Made by a program: the position numbers and the translations under genes
DNA from: Octopus bimaculoides
Taxonomy: Eukaryota
Assembly (NCBI RefSeq): GCF_001194135.2
Contig: NC_068981.1
Location: forward strand, 40,061,707-40,125,706
Direction of reading: 5' to 3'
Length of the DNA stretch: 64,000 nucleotides
Part shown: positions 38,355 through 51,640 of the stretch, in pieces
Layout of the letters: every line of letters begins with the position of its first letter
Position numbering within the stretch: position 1 is the first letter of the stretch
Notes under the pieces: generated by a model
The model's database searches: none
The model's input: only the letters and a program-made list of their open reading frames with translations
Told to the model about the DNA's origin: nothing

Positions 38355-39750
38355 ATTATTTTCTCTTTATCACATGTTTTGTGAAGCACTTGCATGCGTA
38401 GTGGGATTGCTGCCTTCAGCCTACGGTACCATGCTATATGTTCTTTCCAGCTATCTAATACTTTCCTGTATATTCTGGCCGTGCCAAGGAGGCAAACATT
38501 TTGTAACAGTTCTACTAGGCACTCTATTCCAATATCCTTTATATTCTTCTTGATACCTTCTGATAATGTTACTAAGGACCCAACAATAATTGGCTCTATC
38601 TTCACCTTCTTCATTTTTCATAGCCAGGCTATTTCGTACTTAAGAGGGTTGTATCTATCTCTCTTTTCGCCTTCCTTCTTGACTATTTGTGGGTCAAAGG
38701 AGCATGCAACGTCAACTATATAGCATACATGGTGCACCTTGTCCACCACCACTAGGTCCAGTCTGTTATGCTCTAGCACCTGATCTGTTTGGATTGGGAA
38801 ATCCCAGAAGATTTGTCTAGTCTCTGAATCTGCCACTCTCTGAAGTTTGTGCTCATACCACGTCTTGCCTCCCTCTACCCCCCCCCCCACTTTTTGTCAC
38901 AGTTTCCAGTGTAGCAAATTTCGCTATCTATTCGTGTCGCCACAACTTGTAGTAGTTGTGGGCATGTCTAGGGCATTTGTTCGTGGTATGGGCAATGGTT
39001 TCATCCACTTTATTGCAGATGCCGCACAGCGGAGACATTTGCTCATTCCTAAGGTTGACCCTCCAGTTCGAGGCCAAAGCTTGGTCTTCGGCTACCAGCA
39101 TAATGCTCTCGGTCTCTTCATTTAGGGTTCCTTTCATCAGTCAGTCCCACCTATTTTTTCCAGCAACTTCTGTTGTGGCTACATGGAAGTGATTGTGTTG
39201 TCCCTCCTTGAGAAATTCTTCTTCATGTCCTTTTTGTACTTCTTCCTTTGTTTTCCCTTTTTTCCCTGCTCTCAAAACTCCCTCGTTCCTAACTATTACT
39301 GGCAAAGTTTCTTTACTTTGGGCTAGGTATCTCATTAAGCTCGCGAGTTTGATACGCACACAGTCTTCCACACTTATCAGACTCTTCCTTCCATTTGCTC
39401 TCTTCACATATAGGCGATCAGTGTCTGCACGTGGATGATGGGTTCTATGCATCGTTAAGAGCTTTATTGACTTCCTGTCCATCTCTTTAACTCTTCCTCT
39501 ATCCACTTCAGGATTCCAGTGCCATACCGAACAACTGAAACTGCGCGCGAGTTTATTGCCGAAATTATGTTTCTGGCATTCAGCTTTGAAGCCAATATTT
39601 TTCTCACTCGACGCAGGTACTCTCTTTTTGTCTTTTGCTTTATGTCGTGGTGTTTGATTCCATCTGTTTCAAGTATTCCCAGATATCTATAGATGGATTG
39701 AGGTTGAATTGCCTTCGTCATTTCACTACTTGGCAACCATATACCTTTCC
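38355..39750 (-). mobile_element. R4/Dong-like RLE LINE, 5'-truncated, in (TAA)n
   Basis: YRYLGILE, RRVRKILASKLN..AINSRAV, HPRADTDRLYVKR, CGICNKVDETIAH..KC, WDFPIQTD..HNRLDLVVVD..IVDVAC, PIIVGSL; TAA/TTA arrays at both ends. Confidence 0.9.
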
Positions 39751-39763
39751 TCGTCTCATCGTA

Positions 39764-39812
<49 letters not shown>

Positions 39813-39829
39813 TATTATTATTGCTTTTG

Positions 39830-41705
39830 CACAGCTTCTAACACTGGAGATGTACTACAGTGTCAGCTGTTCACTACGTGTGAACCTCTTATTTTTCCGA
39901 GCACCTTCCGGAGTATTCGAGCGGTTTGAAGCAGTGCTGTTTTCTGCAAGTGCTCCAACCTTATTGCAACCCCTATTTGTTCCACGTACTTCTCGAGATT
40001 TTTGCTCACTGTTCCCAGGACTCCGACAAATATTGTTACTACTGCCACAGTTTTCATCGACCACAACTGCTTAACTTACCAAGCTAATCTGTCATATCTC
40101 TCAAATTTTCTTTCTTCCTTATCGCATACCTTGTTATCAGCTGGGCATGCTATATCTATGATCCAGCATAGTTTGTTTTCTTTCTCAATTAACACTATGT
40201 CTGGCTTCCTGTTTTCTATCACATGGTCGCACTGAATCATAAAATGCCATAGGATCTCTGCATTTCTATTTTCGCTGATACCTTCAGGCTCGTGGTCGTA
40301 CCAATTTTTTGCTCTAGCAAGTCTATACTTGTTGCAAAGTTTCTAGTGGACAAGCCTGGCTATATTGTTGTGGCGTCTTACATATTCGTTCTGGGCTAGT
40401 GGCGTACATTGGCTGGTAATATGCCATACGGTTTCACCGATTTAACCACAGACTCTGCACTTATCATTTTCTTCTGTGTTGTCTATTCTGTATTTTATGT
40501 TTGTTCTTAGTGCATGCTCTTGGGCAGCACAGATGAGAGCCTCTGTTTCCGGTTTTAAATCACTTTAAGTCATCCACAGCCATCTTTTTTCCCTGTCTGT
40601 CTTCAACTTCCCTATGAAATTGACCATGCATTCTCTTCTTTACGCACCTATTTTCAGTTTCATTCGTTTTCAATTTTTTGTATAGTGCCTTATCTTTGCA
40701 ATTTTTCATCCTACACTAGCCTGACCTTCTTACTTACAAAAATAGTGGCTCAGTGGCATTTTTTACATATTATACAATTGTTTTCTTCTGCTCTAATGCT
40801 GTGTTCGCATCCAATAAGTCCTCTTACCCCTCTTTTTCTTGGTACATACGGTCTGTTTGTGTCACTTTTTGGGTGGAGTGACCCATATCTAGTTAACAAC
40901 TTCCTTGTCTTTCTGTGTCAGTTGTTTAGTTCGTCTACTGTCTATGCGATTATCTCTGCTCCATATCTAAGATCTTATTCCGTCCGTTTAATTTCGACTT
41001 AAGGATCAGTCTTAGTCTGTGCAAGTACTCCACCTTAAATTTTTCTGTCATTTCTTCCTCTATCAATTTATCCATATCCTATATCCCCAAGTACTTAAAG
41101 TCCGTCTCTTCTATCTGTATTGTTAGCCCGCCTATATATTTGATTTTGCCTCTCTTCAAGACTTATACGACACACTTTCTCAGTCCGAACTCCATTCTGA
41201 TATCAGTGCTGAAGGTATACACCGTATCAACGAGGGGACTGAGAAAGGCTTCATCTCTACTATAAAGTTTGAGGTCATCCGTGAATAATAAATGGTTGAC
41301 TTTTTGTTGGTGGCTTTTGAATACATACCCAGCTTTTGCTTTCCTTAGAATCAGTGTTAGCGGTATCATACACAGTACAAAGATCAGTGAGGACAGGCAG
41401 TCTTCTTGGAAGAAGCCCATCCTAATTTCTATTGTCCCTAAACCTCTTCCGTATGCTGTCAGGTTCGTCCTCCAATTCGCCATACTTTTCCCAAGCAATC
41501 GCTCAACATTCGATGCAATACCAAATAGGTTCATACACTCCATAATCCAAGAATGTGGGATCATATCGTACGCCTTACGATAGTCGATCCATGACATGGC
41601 TAAGTTACTTTTCCTCTTCTTGCAGTACACTTTTGTCTATCGGGAGTTGATCCTTGTTATCTCTGCACTTACGCTTGCAACCCTTCTGCTCATGCGACAA
41701 CTATT
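39830..41705 (-). mobile_element. R4/Dong-like RLE LINE with RT domain, tandem with the previous copy
   Basis: HEQKGCKRKC..KDQLPIDK, WIDYRKAYDMIPHSW, GFFQEDCLSSLIF, NHLLFTDDLKLY, EFGLRKC; its 3' end abuts the (TAA)n at 39765-39822. Confidence 0.92.
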
Positions 41706-42689
41706 GATGTGCAGAAGAAGGTTGAAAGGAGTCTCATGACCGTTTTTTAGAAAATGTTTACCTGGATTCTTCCCCACGTTTATTGTGCATAATTTGATAT
41801 AATTCCAATAATGACGAACCGTCAAATGTAGAAATATGCATACTAGGCTATCCATCACGGTGCTTTATAAGCAATTGATCTATACTATTGATTGGAAAAG
41901 CAAGCTGGGTGTATTTTCTAAGAGGAATCGTCAACAAACCTTTCTCAAGGGAATCGCCAGCAAACCAATATTTATATTGCGTTGCGCATAAGTTGATATA
42001 GTTTAATACATTTTAATCACTGAAAAGCCCTCAAGTTTAAAAATATGCAAATTTGGCTATCCACTTCGGCGCAAGACTAATTCATGACTAATTATAAACA
42101 ATTGATTTATGGTATTGGTTGGATTAGGAAGCCAGATGCGTCTTCAGTTTTTAATTCTTTAGAAATATTTCTATCAAACAGTAATGATTTCACACAAAGA
42201 AAGTTCAGTAATTCGAATGTAAATAACAGCACCAGTGAAAGTTATTGCTTGAATTTTACTTGTACACTGAATTTGCGAGATACGAGATGGATGGTCTCTT
42301 TCTTTACCTAAAATTCTTTGGGTTTTCTATAGCATTATTCAGACACGTAGTATCACGATCAACAGCGCCAGTGATAATTGAAAGAAATGTAAATTCACAA
42401 TATGAATAAAAAATTGTAGATTTCGTCATTGTAAAGCAAATATATTCCTGAATTTTCTACAATAACGAATGAGCCAGTCTTGAATTATAAAGAAATATGT
42501 CTTACTTGCCAGAACAATAGCTATGCTAGCATTCTTGAATAATAATAATTATGTTTACTTGCTGAACTTTAAAAATTCATTCCATATTTTCACTGTCTTA
42601 TTTCAACATTCACTCTTATAATACATTGCCAAACTGCAGATTTCAATTTTTTTTTTCTTAATTATTCGGTAATATAAATAACTTCGCCC

Positions 42690-42905
42690 AAGACGGCGAG
42701 CTAGCAGAATCGTTAGCACGCCGGGCAAAATGCTTAGCGGTAATTCGTCTGTCCTTATGTTCTGAGGTCAAATTCCGCCGAGGTCGACTTTGCCTTACAT
42801 CCTTTCGAGGTCGATAAATTAAGTACCAGTTGTGTACTGGAGTTGATCTGATCTGATCCCCTCTCCAAAAAAATGTTGGGCCTTTTGTCTGGAGTAGAAA
42901 AGAAT
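42690..42905 (+). mobile_element. SINE family A
   Basis: Full-length, well-conserved copy. Confidence 0.88.
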
Positions 42906-43004
42906 ATAAGTAAATCCGCTCGTTACAAGTAGAAAAATGAAGTACTTAAAATTTCCGTAGATAAATAGACCTTTTCTTTTTTTACCCTTTATAAGGTTTT
43001 GCCT

Positions 43005-43757
43005 TCGCTTATATTTAGTGGAAGTCTTGATTCAGAAATATTTTTTTCCTGAATTAGTGAGACTCAAGTCCCTAATGAGATCATCCAATTCACGTTGATT
43101 TGAAAAGTGTGGGCAGGTAATCGTTCCTGGCTCAAATGTTTCATCCATTTCTTTGTTGTCACCACCTTCACATTTTCCTGCTGAGACTTCCATCATATCC
43201 TCGACCTGAAAAATTTAAAAGGTTGCGTTTAATAGTTGAAACCTTAATAAGTGTTTTATGTGTAATCACATATTGTTTCAATAATGAATGAAATTTAAAT
43301 TTCTTATTAACACTTTGATAAGATGTACTAACATTTTCTGGCGGCCGCGGAACCGCTAAGTTATCATCATGTAGCACAGGTGCAATGGAGGATTGAATGC
43401 TGGGATATGAAGGGCTTTTCTTCTCTTAATTTTTCTGTACTTTGATATATCAACCATGCAAAAATAGCAATCATTGTGATGATTTTTTGGCTCTCACCAA
43501 ACTCTCGGAACAACAAATGGCATTGCTTTTCTTGCACCTCTAAGCCATCTATCTAAATTTGATCTACAAGTTCCACATATCACATGAGGGACCCATGGTC
43601 TACCTTGGTCACCCATACTCATTCAAAAATGCAGTTTATAAGCAATCCAGTACTTAACACCTTTCACAATTTTATATGCTACATGCTTTCTTCCAGCATA
43701 GTATCCACACACATAACAGGATACATCTGGTGAATTTCTGCATTCTCTTGTAGCCAT
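43005..43757 (-). pseudogene. Chapaev-type (CMC) DNA transposase N-terminal half, with a 127-bp GT-AG intron at 43206-43332
   Basis: MATRECRNSPDVSCYVCG...DQGRPWVPHVICGTC...MPFVVPRVW*EPKNHHNDCYFC...PSIQSSIAPVLHDDNLAVPRPPEN|VEDMME...PHFSNQRELDDLIRDLSLT; 2 stops, 1 frameshift, 3'-truncated. Confidence 0.85.
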
Positions 43758-44587
43758 GGTCAGGAAAATTCAATGTTTACAATAAAAACCTGAAAAAGAA
43801 AGAAACGTGACAAATGTACAATGCTCGTGATCAACAGTCATCAATCAGTTATAGCCCCAAAACCAAATGGAACACCGGACAAAAGACGGAGGGATGACAA
43901 ACGCGCAACACTTCTTTTCATTAGCTATGGTAGCCATGAGAACACTGAGGTGTCTCTGTTGAGTCTGTTGTGTGTAGCGGAAGGTGGTGACGACACTGCC
44001 TTTTTACTTAAACCTTTCAATACTTTTATACGAATAATGGAAGTGAAATATAAACTTTACGAATGAATGATTTATTTGTAGAGTAGAAAAATGTTTTACA
44101 GCAAGAGTTACGTCATATAACAACCTGTGATCAAGTGATGCTAGAGCTTTTGTTTACACAGGCAGTTGCCAGATGTATGATGATATGTAAATATGATGCT
44201 GTGTGATGATATGTATGATGTATGATGTATGATGTATGTATGATATGTGATGTATGGTGCCATGCGTATATTAGCATAATTCGATATATCTCGCAAACGG
44301 TCGATAGTAGAGAAAACATAAACACATTTTTGGAATCAACGCAAAATTCTGCATTAAAATCACTAAAAACAATAAGACAACCAAAACGTTTGTGAAAATT
44401 TGTAAACCCACTGTTATCGTTCTTCGTGCTTAAAAGATTATGTCTGATATCATGTGATACTCAACAGATGACTTGACTAATCTTCAGACATTGTTCTTTT
44501 CTTCCTCTTCTTTCTCCAATTCTTAAATTAAGATCGTCGATGTCTTTATTTTCGCTCTTTTCTTTTTTTTTCTTTAGATGTTCTGAA

Positions 44588-44797
44588 AGGCGGCGAGCTA
44601 ACGGAATAGCACGTCGGACAAAATGCTCGGCGGCATTTCCTACGATACTTTACGTTCTGAGCTCAAATGCCGTTGAGAAAGCTTTGCTTTTCATTCTTTC
44701 GCAGTCGATAAAACGAGTACCAGTTGAGCACGGGGATCGATGTCACTGACTTACACTTTCCCTTAAAATTACAAGGCTTATTCCAAAATTTGAAACA
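44588..44797 (+). mobile_element. SINE family A
   Basis: GGCGGCGAGCTAACGGAATAGCACGTCGGACAAAATGC...GTCGATAAAACGAGTACCAGTTG. Confidence 0.8.
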
Positions 44798-44906
44798 ATA
44801 GCTTGAATGTTTCGAATACGAAAGGAAACTGCCTCTAAAAGACAGTACACACATACAGAGAGGCACACATGCATATGTATTTACGCAAACAGACACACTC
44901 ATAGTC

Positions 44907-44955
<49 letters not shown>

Positions 44956-45406
44956 CTAGATAGTGTTTTTCTTTCCTAATCGCTAATCGTGCATCCCGAC
45001 AAAATTTAATTTAATTTCTTTAACTGTAGGACTCAAGATATCTGATAACTTTCAAATATTGTAATAATGTTGAACCTGAAATATTTTCTTCGCAATTTAT
45101 AAGTTCACCAATGTACATAAACGATTGATGAACATGATTGGAAACAGGTAAGAATAAAGGTATACCCACTCAAAAGAAGAAAATACATATTCCCTGAAAT
45201 ATGTGTATATATAATCTCCTAGGATAGCACATCTCTTCTGCTGAGAGGCAGCATTTAGCTCGGCCATTAAAGCTACAGATTCACTCTTTCTGTTTCATAA
45301 CGAAAGACTAAAATCCGAATTTACTGGGAGACGAAGGGCTTATTCGGAGGTTGAAGTATGTCTTATCTACTCTTCCTATAGTATGATTTTATTTATTTTG
45401 TACTCG

Positions 45407-46257
45407 TACTGGTCTGATCAATATGTATCCAGACTGTTGCCATAGTAATGAAGCTAAAACACGCAGAGTAAAGCCAGTTGGCAAGGATTGACCTTAAACT
45501 CTGCTGTGCATGTGCACTAAGCTTTAACATTCTAGCTCACTTCTGCTGTTTACTGCAGTGCTTCGAAAGTATGTAGCGTGTGATCGTTGCATTGACCATG
45601 ACAGAGAAAGTTGATCAGAGAATCTGCATCAAATTTTACCAAAAGCTTGACGATACCTGCTGAGAGGCCTCTGCAAAGTTTTCAAAAAGTTTTCATCGTT
45701 CTCGACATCATCAAGGAGATCTTGTGCAACTGAAACCCGAGTGTCATTTTAATCAGTTGAAAGCATTTTTAACACAATCTTGACAGACACGTGTCTCATA
45801 CCCAAATCTTCAGTGATAATGGACTGAACTGAACCGTAACTAATCTGCACGTCCTCTGATAATTCACAGATGGCGATCCGACGATTTTTCCTCACATCTG
45901 CAGTGCTTTTCTCAGGTCTGCTGGTTGCGGGTCTCCTAGAACGTTCGTCAATATCAACATTTTTTCTTGGAAATGTCCGAAACCACTCGTACACATGTGT
46001 TCGGCTAATACACGCCTCTCCATGCACTTTCCGCAACTCTGTGTCGGCCTCTGAGCAGGTATCACCATGACAACTTTCTGTGTCACAGTCCATGAGACGA
46101 TCACATGCTACGCATCTTTCATCGAAGCGTTGCTGTAAACAGCGGAAGTGAGTTAGAACGTTAAAACATAGTGCGCATGTACAGCAGAGTTCAAAGTCAA
46201 TCTTTGCCAAGTGGCTTTACTCTGCATACTTTAGCTTCGTTGCTATTGAACAGACCT
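45407..46257 (-). mobile_element. Palindromic non-autonomous mariner derivative (about 850 bp)
   Basis: The minus-strand ORF contains SRTHVYEWFR...DERSRRPATSR...ELSEDVQISYGSVQSIITEDLGMRHVS; inverted arms end in GGTCTG(A/T)TCAAT. Confidence 0.88.
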
Positions 46258-46582
46258 AATATTTGTTCTGTTTTTCGTTCCTCCGTATGTATGTATGTGA
46301 GTGTGTGAGGAATGTAAATTCCTCAAACACTCACACACACACATACATACGCACGCGCGTGCGCGCACACACACACACATGCATGTGTGTATGTATATGT
46401 ATCCATGTGTGTGTGTAAGTGCGTAAGTGAGTAGGTTTCGTTTTTGTATTCTATCCGTTGAATTTGCCACAATCAAATTTGACTACTTTCAATTGTAATA
46501 CTCAATACGTGATACAAGTGTAGAGCTTTATGCAAAAGATGCCATAGCTGATCGATCGTTCCTTATTCTCACCCTCTTTCTT

Positions 46583-46639
<57 letters not shown>

Positions 46640-46920
46640 ACACACACACACCCACAAAGAAGGAGAGAGAGAGAAACGTAATCTCTTTATACATAGCTTA
46701 TTGTATTTCCTTGACAGCATTTGTGAGATACCAGCCGTTTCAGTAATTTATGAATTAAATTCACATGCAGTAAAGGAATAGGAATGGATTATCGAGAATC
46801 GAAATGATATTCACAATGAATAATTCGTATGTGATGATCATGAATTTAATTTCAGAATAGTTCTGTACGTGTATAATAATGAACTGCAAGTATACAGTCA
46901 CACACTGGGATCGTTAAAAT

Positions 46921-46940
46921 ATTCCAGAACGTTCTGGAAT
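46921..46940. promoter_or_regulatory. Perfect four-pentamer heat-shock element, also a 20-bp palindrome
   Basis: aTTCc-aGAAc-gTTCt-gGAAt; motif match only. Confidence 0.45.
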
Positions 46941-48266
46941 CGGAATTTCAGTTTCGACAAACCATTATGGGACATACAAGTATATATAGACGCATACTCA
47001 CGCAAATGAGTAGGTGCACAAACATATGCATGTATGTGTGTGTGTATGATATATGCACAAAAACACACATACACGTTGATATATATATATATATATATAT
47101 ATANNNNNNNNNNNNNNNNNNNNNNNNNNNNNNNNNNNNNNNNNNNNNNNNNNNNNNNNNNNNNNNNNNNNNNNNNNNNNNNNNNNNNNNNNNNNNNNNN
47201 NNNNNNNNNNNNNNNNNNNNNNNNNNNNNNNNNNNNNNNNNNNNNNNNNNNNNNNNNNNNNNNNNNNNNNNNNNNNNNNNNNNNNNNNNNNNNNNNNNNN
47301 NNNNNNNNNNNNNNNNNNNNNNNNNNNNNNNNNNNNNNNNNNNNNNNNNNNNNNNNNNNNNNNNNNNNNNNNNNNNNNNNNNNNNNNNNNNNNNNNNNNN
47401 NNNNNNNNNNNNNNNNNNNNNNNNNNNNNNNNNNNNNNNNNNNNNNNNNNNNNNNNNNNNNNNNNNNNNNNNNNNNNNNNNNNNNNNNNNNNNNNNNNNN
47501 NNNNNNNNNNNNNNNNNNNNNNNNNNNNNNNNNNNNNNNNNNNNNNNNNNNNNNNNNNNNNNNNNNNNNNNNNNNNNNNNNNNNNNNNNNNNNNNNNNNN
47601 NNNNNNNNNNNNNNNNNNNNNNNNNNTATATATATATTTATATATATATATATATAGTTTACCGTTCTTCCATTAACGTAAGATCAGCAAAAAAAGTACT
47701 CCATCTATTGAAAGATAAATAAACTGTATTAAAATAAGAGCTAGCAATAGTTTCTCGCAGTGAAGATAGGTGGATAGTCAGATTTTATAACGAGCTGTGC
47801 GTCTCCAAGCAGCCTGAAGTTCTGATTTAAGAATCAGGACACTGGTACTTGAGAAACCACAGGAAAAATTCGAGAAGTCTGATGCAAATCGTAGAATGAG
47901 AATAAAAAACAAAAAAAAATAGTTACGTACCTTTTGACTATGGAAATCATAATTAACTGCAAGACCCTCTCCGGATTGAGCAGCTATCTCACAGACATTG
48001 GAGCAGTTATCTCACAGACATATACGACTAGGTAATTACGTCTCCTACGGTCAAAGGGGACGTAGCTCTAAATTTATTTCTTTTCTTTTCTTTTCTTTCT
48101 TTTTTTTCAAATTTTATTCACCCTTTCTCGTCTCATTCCACCTATTGCATCAACTTCCTTTTCGTATTTTTTTTTTCTCGTGGTTTCTCATGTACCAGCG
48201 TCTTTATTTTAAATAGAACAAACCATGCGCTCAGATCCCGGGGATTACTTGGAGATGCAAGGCACG

Positions 48267-48328
<62 letters not shown>

Positions 48329-48975
48329 CCTGCCTAGCCACGTGTCTTTTCGGCTCTTATTGTACGTTAAACATTGTACGTTAAATTGTGTATATATATA
48401 TATATATATTTAGCGAACGAGAGAGAGGTGCATACTTGCGTGTATGTATATATACATACATACACATATACAAGCATATATTTCAGTGTGTGTATATATA
48501 TACCAACGTACAAATGTATGCACTAATGTTGGTATGTGCCTGTATGTATCTCTATATTCTCTGATAGCTTTCTGAAACTGAAATTTCACTTACGAATTGT
48601 TTAGGTATACTTTAGCAGTTCCACTAAGTGATAGTATACTTTCACTTTTTTATTATATAAATGTCCAGCTTTTCTGAAATTTTACTTATAGTCATCGGCT
48701 GCAAATTATTCCCTGAGAATATTGTTGCCATTCTTGATATTTTAATCTTATTCCTTTTCTGCATGCACATTTACTTCATAATTTATAGCGACAGTTGATG
48801 GTTCATAAATGCTATGTATGTACATGTGTGTTTATACATATACCTACATCAATACATATCTATATATAAGTTCAAAAAAAGGAAAAAGATAAAAAACAAC
48901 AACAAAAAACAACACCGTGAGGACGTGATACAGATTGTGTTACTAGACGCTCGGGAAAGGAAAGAGAGAGAGTAT

Positions 48976-49002
48976 GACGTTTCGAGCGGAGCTCTTCGTC
49001 GG
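48976..49002 (-). ncRNA. Minimal hammerhead-like motif with a U4C substitution
   Basis: Minus strand CCGACGA-A-GAGC(TCC)GCTC-GAAA-CGTC; stem I is poor. Confidence 0.5.
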
Positions 49003-49078
49003 AAACAAGGAAAGTCCAAAGAAGGGAAAAACGGAGGAGTGTGCGTGTGTGATATAGATATAGATACACACATGCACG

Positions 49079-49121
<43 letters not shown>

Positions 49122-49690
49122 ACATATATGTATATATATTCTATTGTTTTGTAAATGATTTGAATTCTTATAAAAGAGTTAGTTTCTAATACAGAAACAA
49201 AATTCTATCGCTGGAATTTGGATGATCAACGATGTTAAGTGTCGAACTTAAGAAGTGTCTTGTACATTTTTGCTACTCCGCTTACAGACCGTGCCTGTAA
49301 GATGCATTTTTTTAAGTATGTACATTCATATTATTGTATAGTCTTTTGTAGATATTTTTGTAGTCTCTTACGTTTCCTGTATAGCAACAAAAATAAAAAA
49401 AGACATCTATTTACTGAGAGCATAACAAAATTCTTTTGTTGGAATTGAGACTGTTCGAGGCATTCATAATGGTGTAAATTAAATATAGATATGTGTATGT
49501 AAGTATGTTATGTATATTGTACCGGAAGTGTATCTATTGTTCTCTGGAAAATTAAAACGAAGTATTTTTGGAATGAGTTACAAATATTCACTACTCTTTA
49601 CTGTTTAAGTGAGTCTGCAGGTAATGAATCGAAACTTGTTCTTATACACACACACAAACACACACACGCACATACACACACACACGCACA

Positions 49691-49737
<47 letters not shown>

Positions 49738-49906
49738 ACACACCCACATAAGTTTACTGCTGAAAAATATATAATGTTAAAAAGAAAATTCTATCGAGCC
49801 AATGAGATATCCTCCATGCAGTCGCTTTTAATATCTGCAAAAAATCTACCTCCAATACATTCTACACTTATAGAAATATAAAAGAATGCTTTGAATATTC
49901 TCAGAT

Positions 49907-50085
49907 TATGGCACAAGGCCGGGAATTTTTAGAATCAGGGTAAGTCAATTGCATCGACTGCGGAGATAAACTGGTACTTATCTTATCGGTCCCGAAAGGG
50001 TGAAAGGCAAAATCATCCTCGGCATAATTTGAACTCGAACCCTAGAGACGGACTAAATGCCGCTAAGCATTTGCCCGATGTGATA
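49907..50085 (-). mobile_element. SINE family A
   Basis: GGCACAAGGCC...GAAAGGCAAAAT...CCGCTAAGCATTTGCCCG. Confidence 0.8.
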
Positions 50086-50689
50086 ATCGGAGCTGGAAAA
50101 CATTTGGCTTCATATCCGCTCGATCAGCGTTACTCCAGAGATAAATAACAAAAAGAACTAGAATTAAAATACATGTGAATGATAATCTATGGTAAATAAT
50201 TTTTTGTTGTTCATTAGCATGACATTCACATCTACTGATTTTATTTTCTTCTAATTCTTAGAAAATAAACTGTTATGTTTATAATTCTGTTTAGTCCATT
50301 CTGTCTTAGAAAGACAGGATGGACGAAACAGAATAGGTAGAGACATGAGGGATGGAAAGTCGTTGAAGAGGTCACAAGAAGTGTGACTAAATATTTCCAG
50401 ACAATGAACATAAAATAAGAACAATAATGAACAAATGAAGAAAGAAAATATAGTGCATGTGTTTATTTGGCAAGAAAAAGAAATTACCGTCCCGAAATAT
50501 AATAAACAAATTTTTCTTACATTAGTATCAGTTAACTACATTTATACGAATATTTATACACATTCATACATATACACACATATACGGTCACTCAAATTCA
50601 CAAATCTTATATATACATAAATTGCGCCTGTGTTTATGTGTATGCGTGTGTATGCATTTATGTATGTGTATGTATGCATGTAGTAGTAG

Positions 50690-51640
50690 GCATCCATCGG
50701 TCTCGAGAGGCCATGGATCTGCACCCAAAGAAATCGTGTCAGCTGCTGGTAGTGGTGCTGCGTTGGTTGTGGCTATACAGCCCAGCGTGGGGGTGGCATT
50801 TACGCATACAACGACTGCATTTGAAGGAGCACTCTGCCGGTGCTGCTAATTTTTCCTTTTGTCGAGTTTCATTCCCATTCGCAGTATTTGCATCCAGTGT
50901 GTGCGATCATTTGCAACCTCCTCCTATTTCAGGACGTCCAGATCAAGCGACTTCATATCTCTCTTACAGACATTTTTGAAATGATGATAAGGTCATCCTC
51001 ATGCTCTTGTGACAGAAGCTAATTCCCCATACAGGAATCTCTCCGTCAAGTATGCGATGGACATGACCGAGCCAGCGCAGACGACGATGCTGGAGCAAGA
51101 TGTGTATGCTGGGTATCTTGGCTCGGTTGAGGACTTCGGTGTTGGTGATGTGGTTGGTTCACTTGCTGTCCAAGATGCGTCTTAAATTTCGAAGGTGAAA
51201 GATGTTGAGACACCGCTCCTGTCTGGAATAGAGGCTCCACGTTTCACTGCCATAAAGGAGCATACTAAGGACGCACGCCTTATACACAACAATTTTGGTG
51301 CTTGCAGCCAGTTTTTTTTTTCCCCCAGATTCTCTTTGTGAGCCTGGCAAATGTGGAGGATGCTTGTCCGATTCACCTGTTGATCTCAGAGTCCATGGAG
51401 AGGTCATCGGCGATGTTAGAGTCGAGATAGATGAATTTATGGACTACCTCCAGCTTGTAGTTGCTGATGGTTATGGTGGGGTGTGCTTGACACTTTGACC
51501 CATTGGGTCTTCTTCAGACTGATAGTCAGGCTGAATTTCTGACAGGCCTTTGAGAACTTGTCCAAGTGGTACTTCATTTGCGCTACAGAGTGCGCTCTCA
51601 GTGCTGCATCGTCTGCGAACAGCATTTCTCTGACGAGTAC
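50690..51640 (-). mobile_element. RTE-clade LINE, 5'-truncated
   Basis: MLFADDAAL, FSLTISLKKT, VYKACVLSMLLYGSETW, FHLRNLRRIL, RRLRWLGHV; (TAC)n tail. Confidence 0.9.

Noticed and set aside
42170-42310. Minus-strand peptide ending ITELSLCEIITV, faintly fucolectin-like
   Set aside because: Poor acceptor, and the similarity is limited to LSLCE.
47104-47626. Long ORFs of 207-251 aa spanning 46967-47722
   Set aside because: Composed of N-gap and (AT)n sequence.
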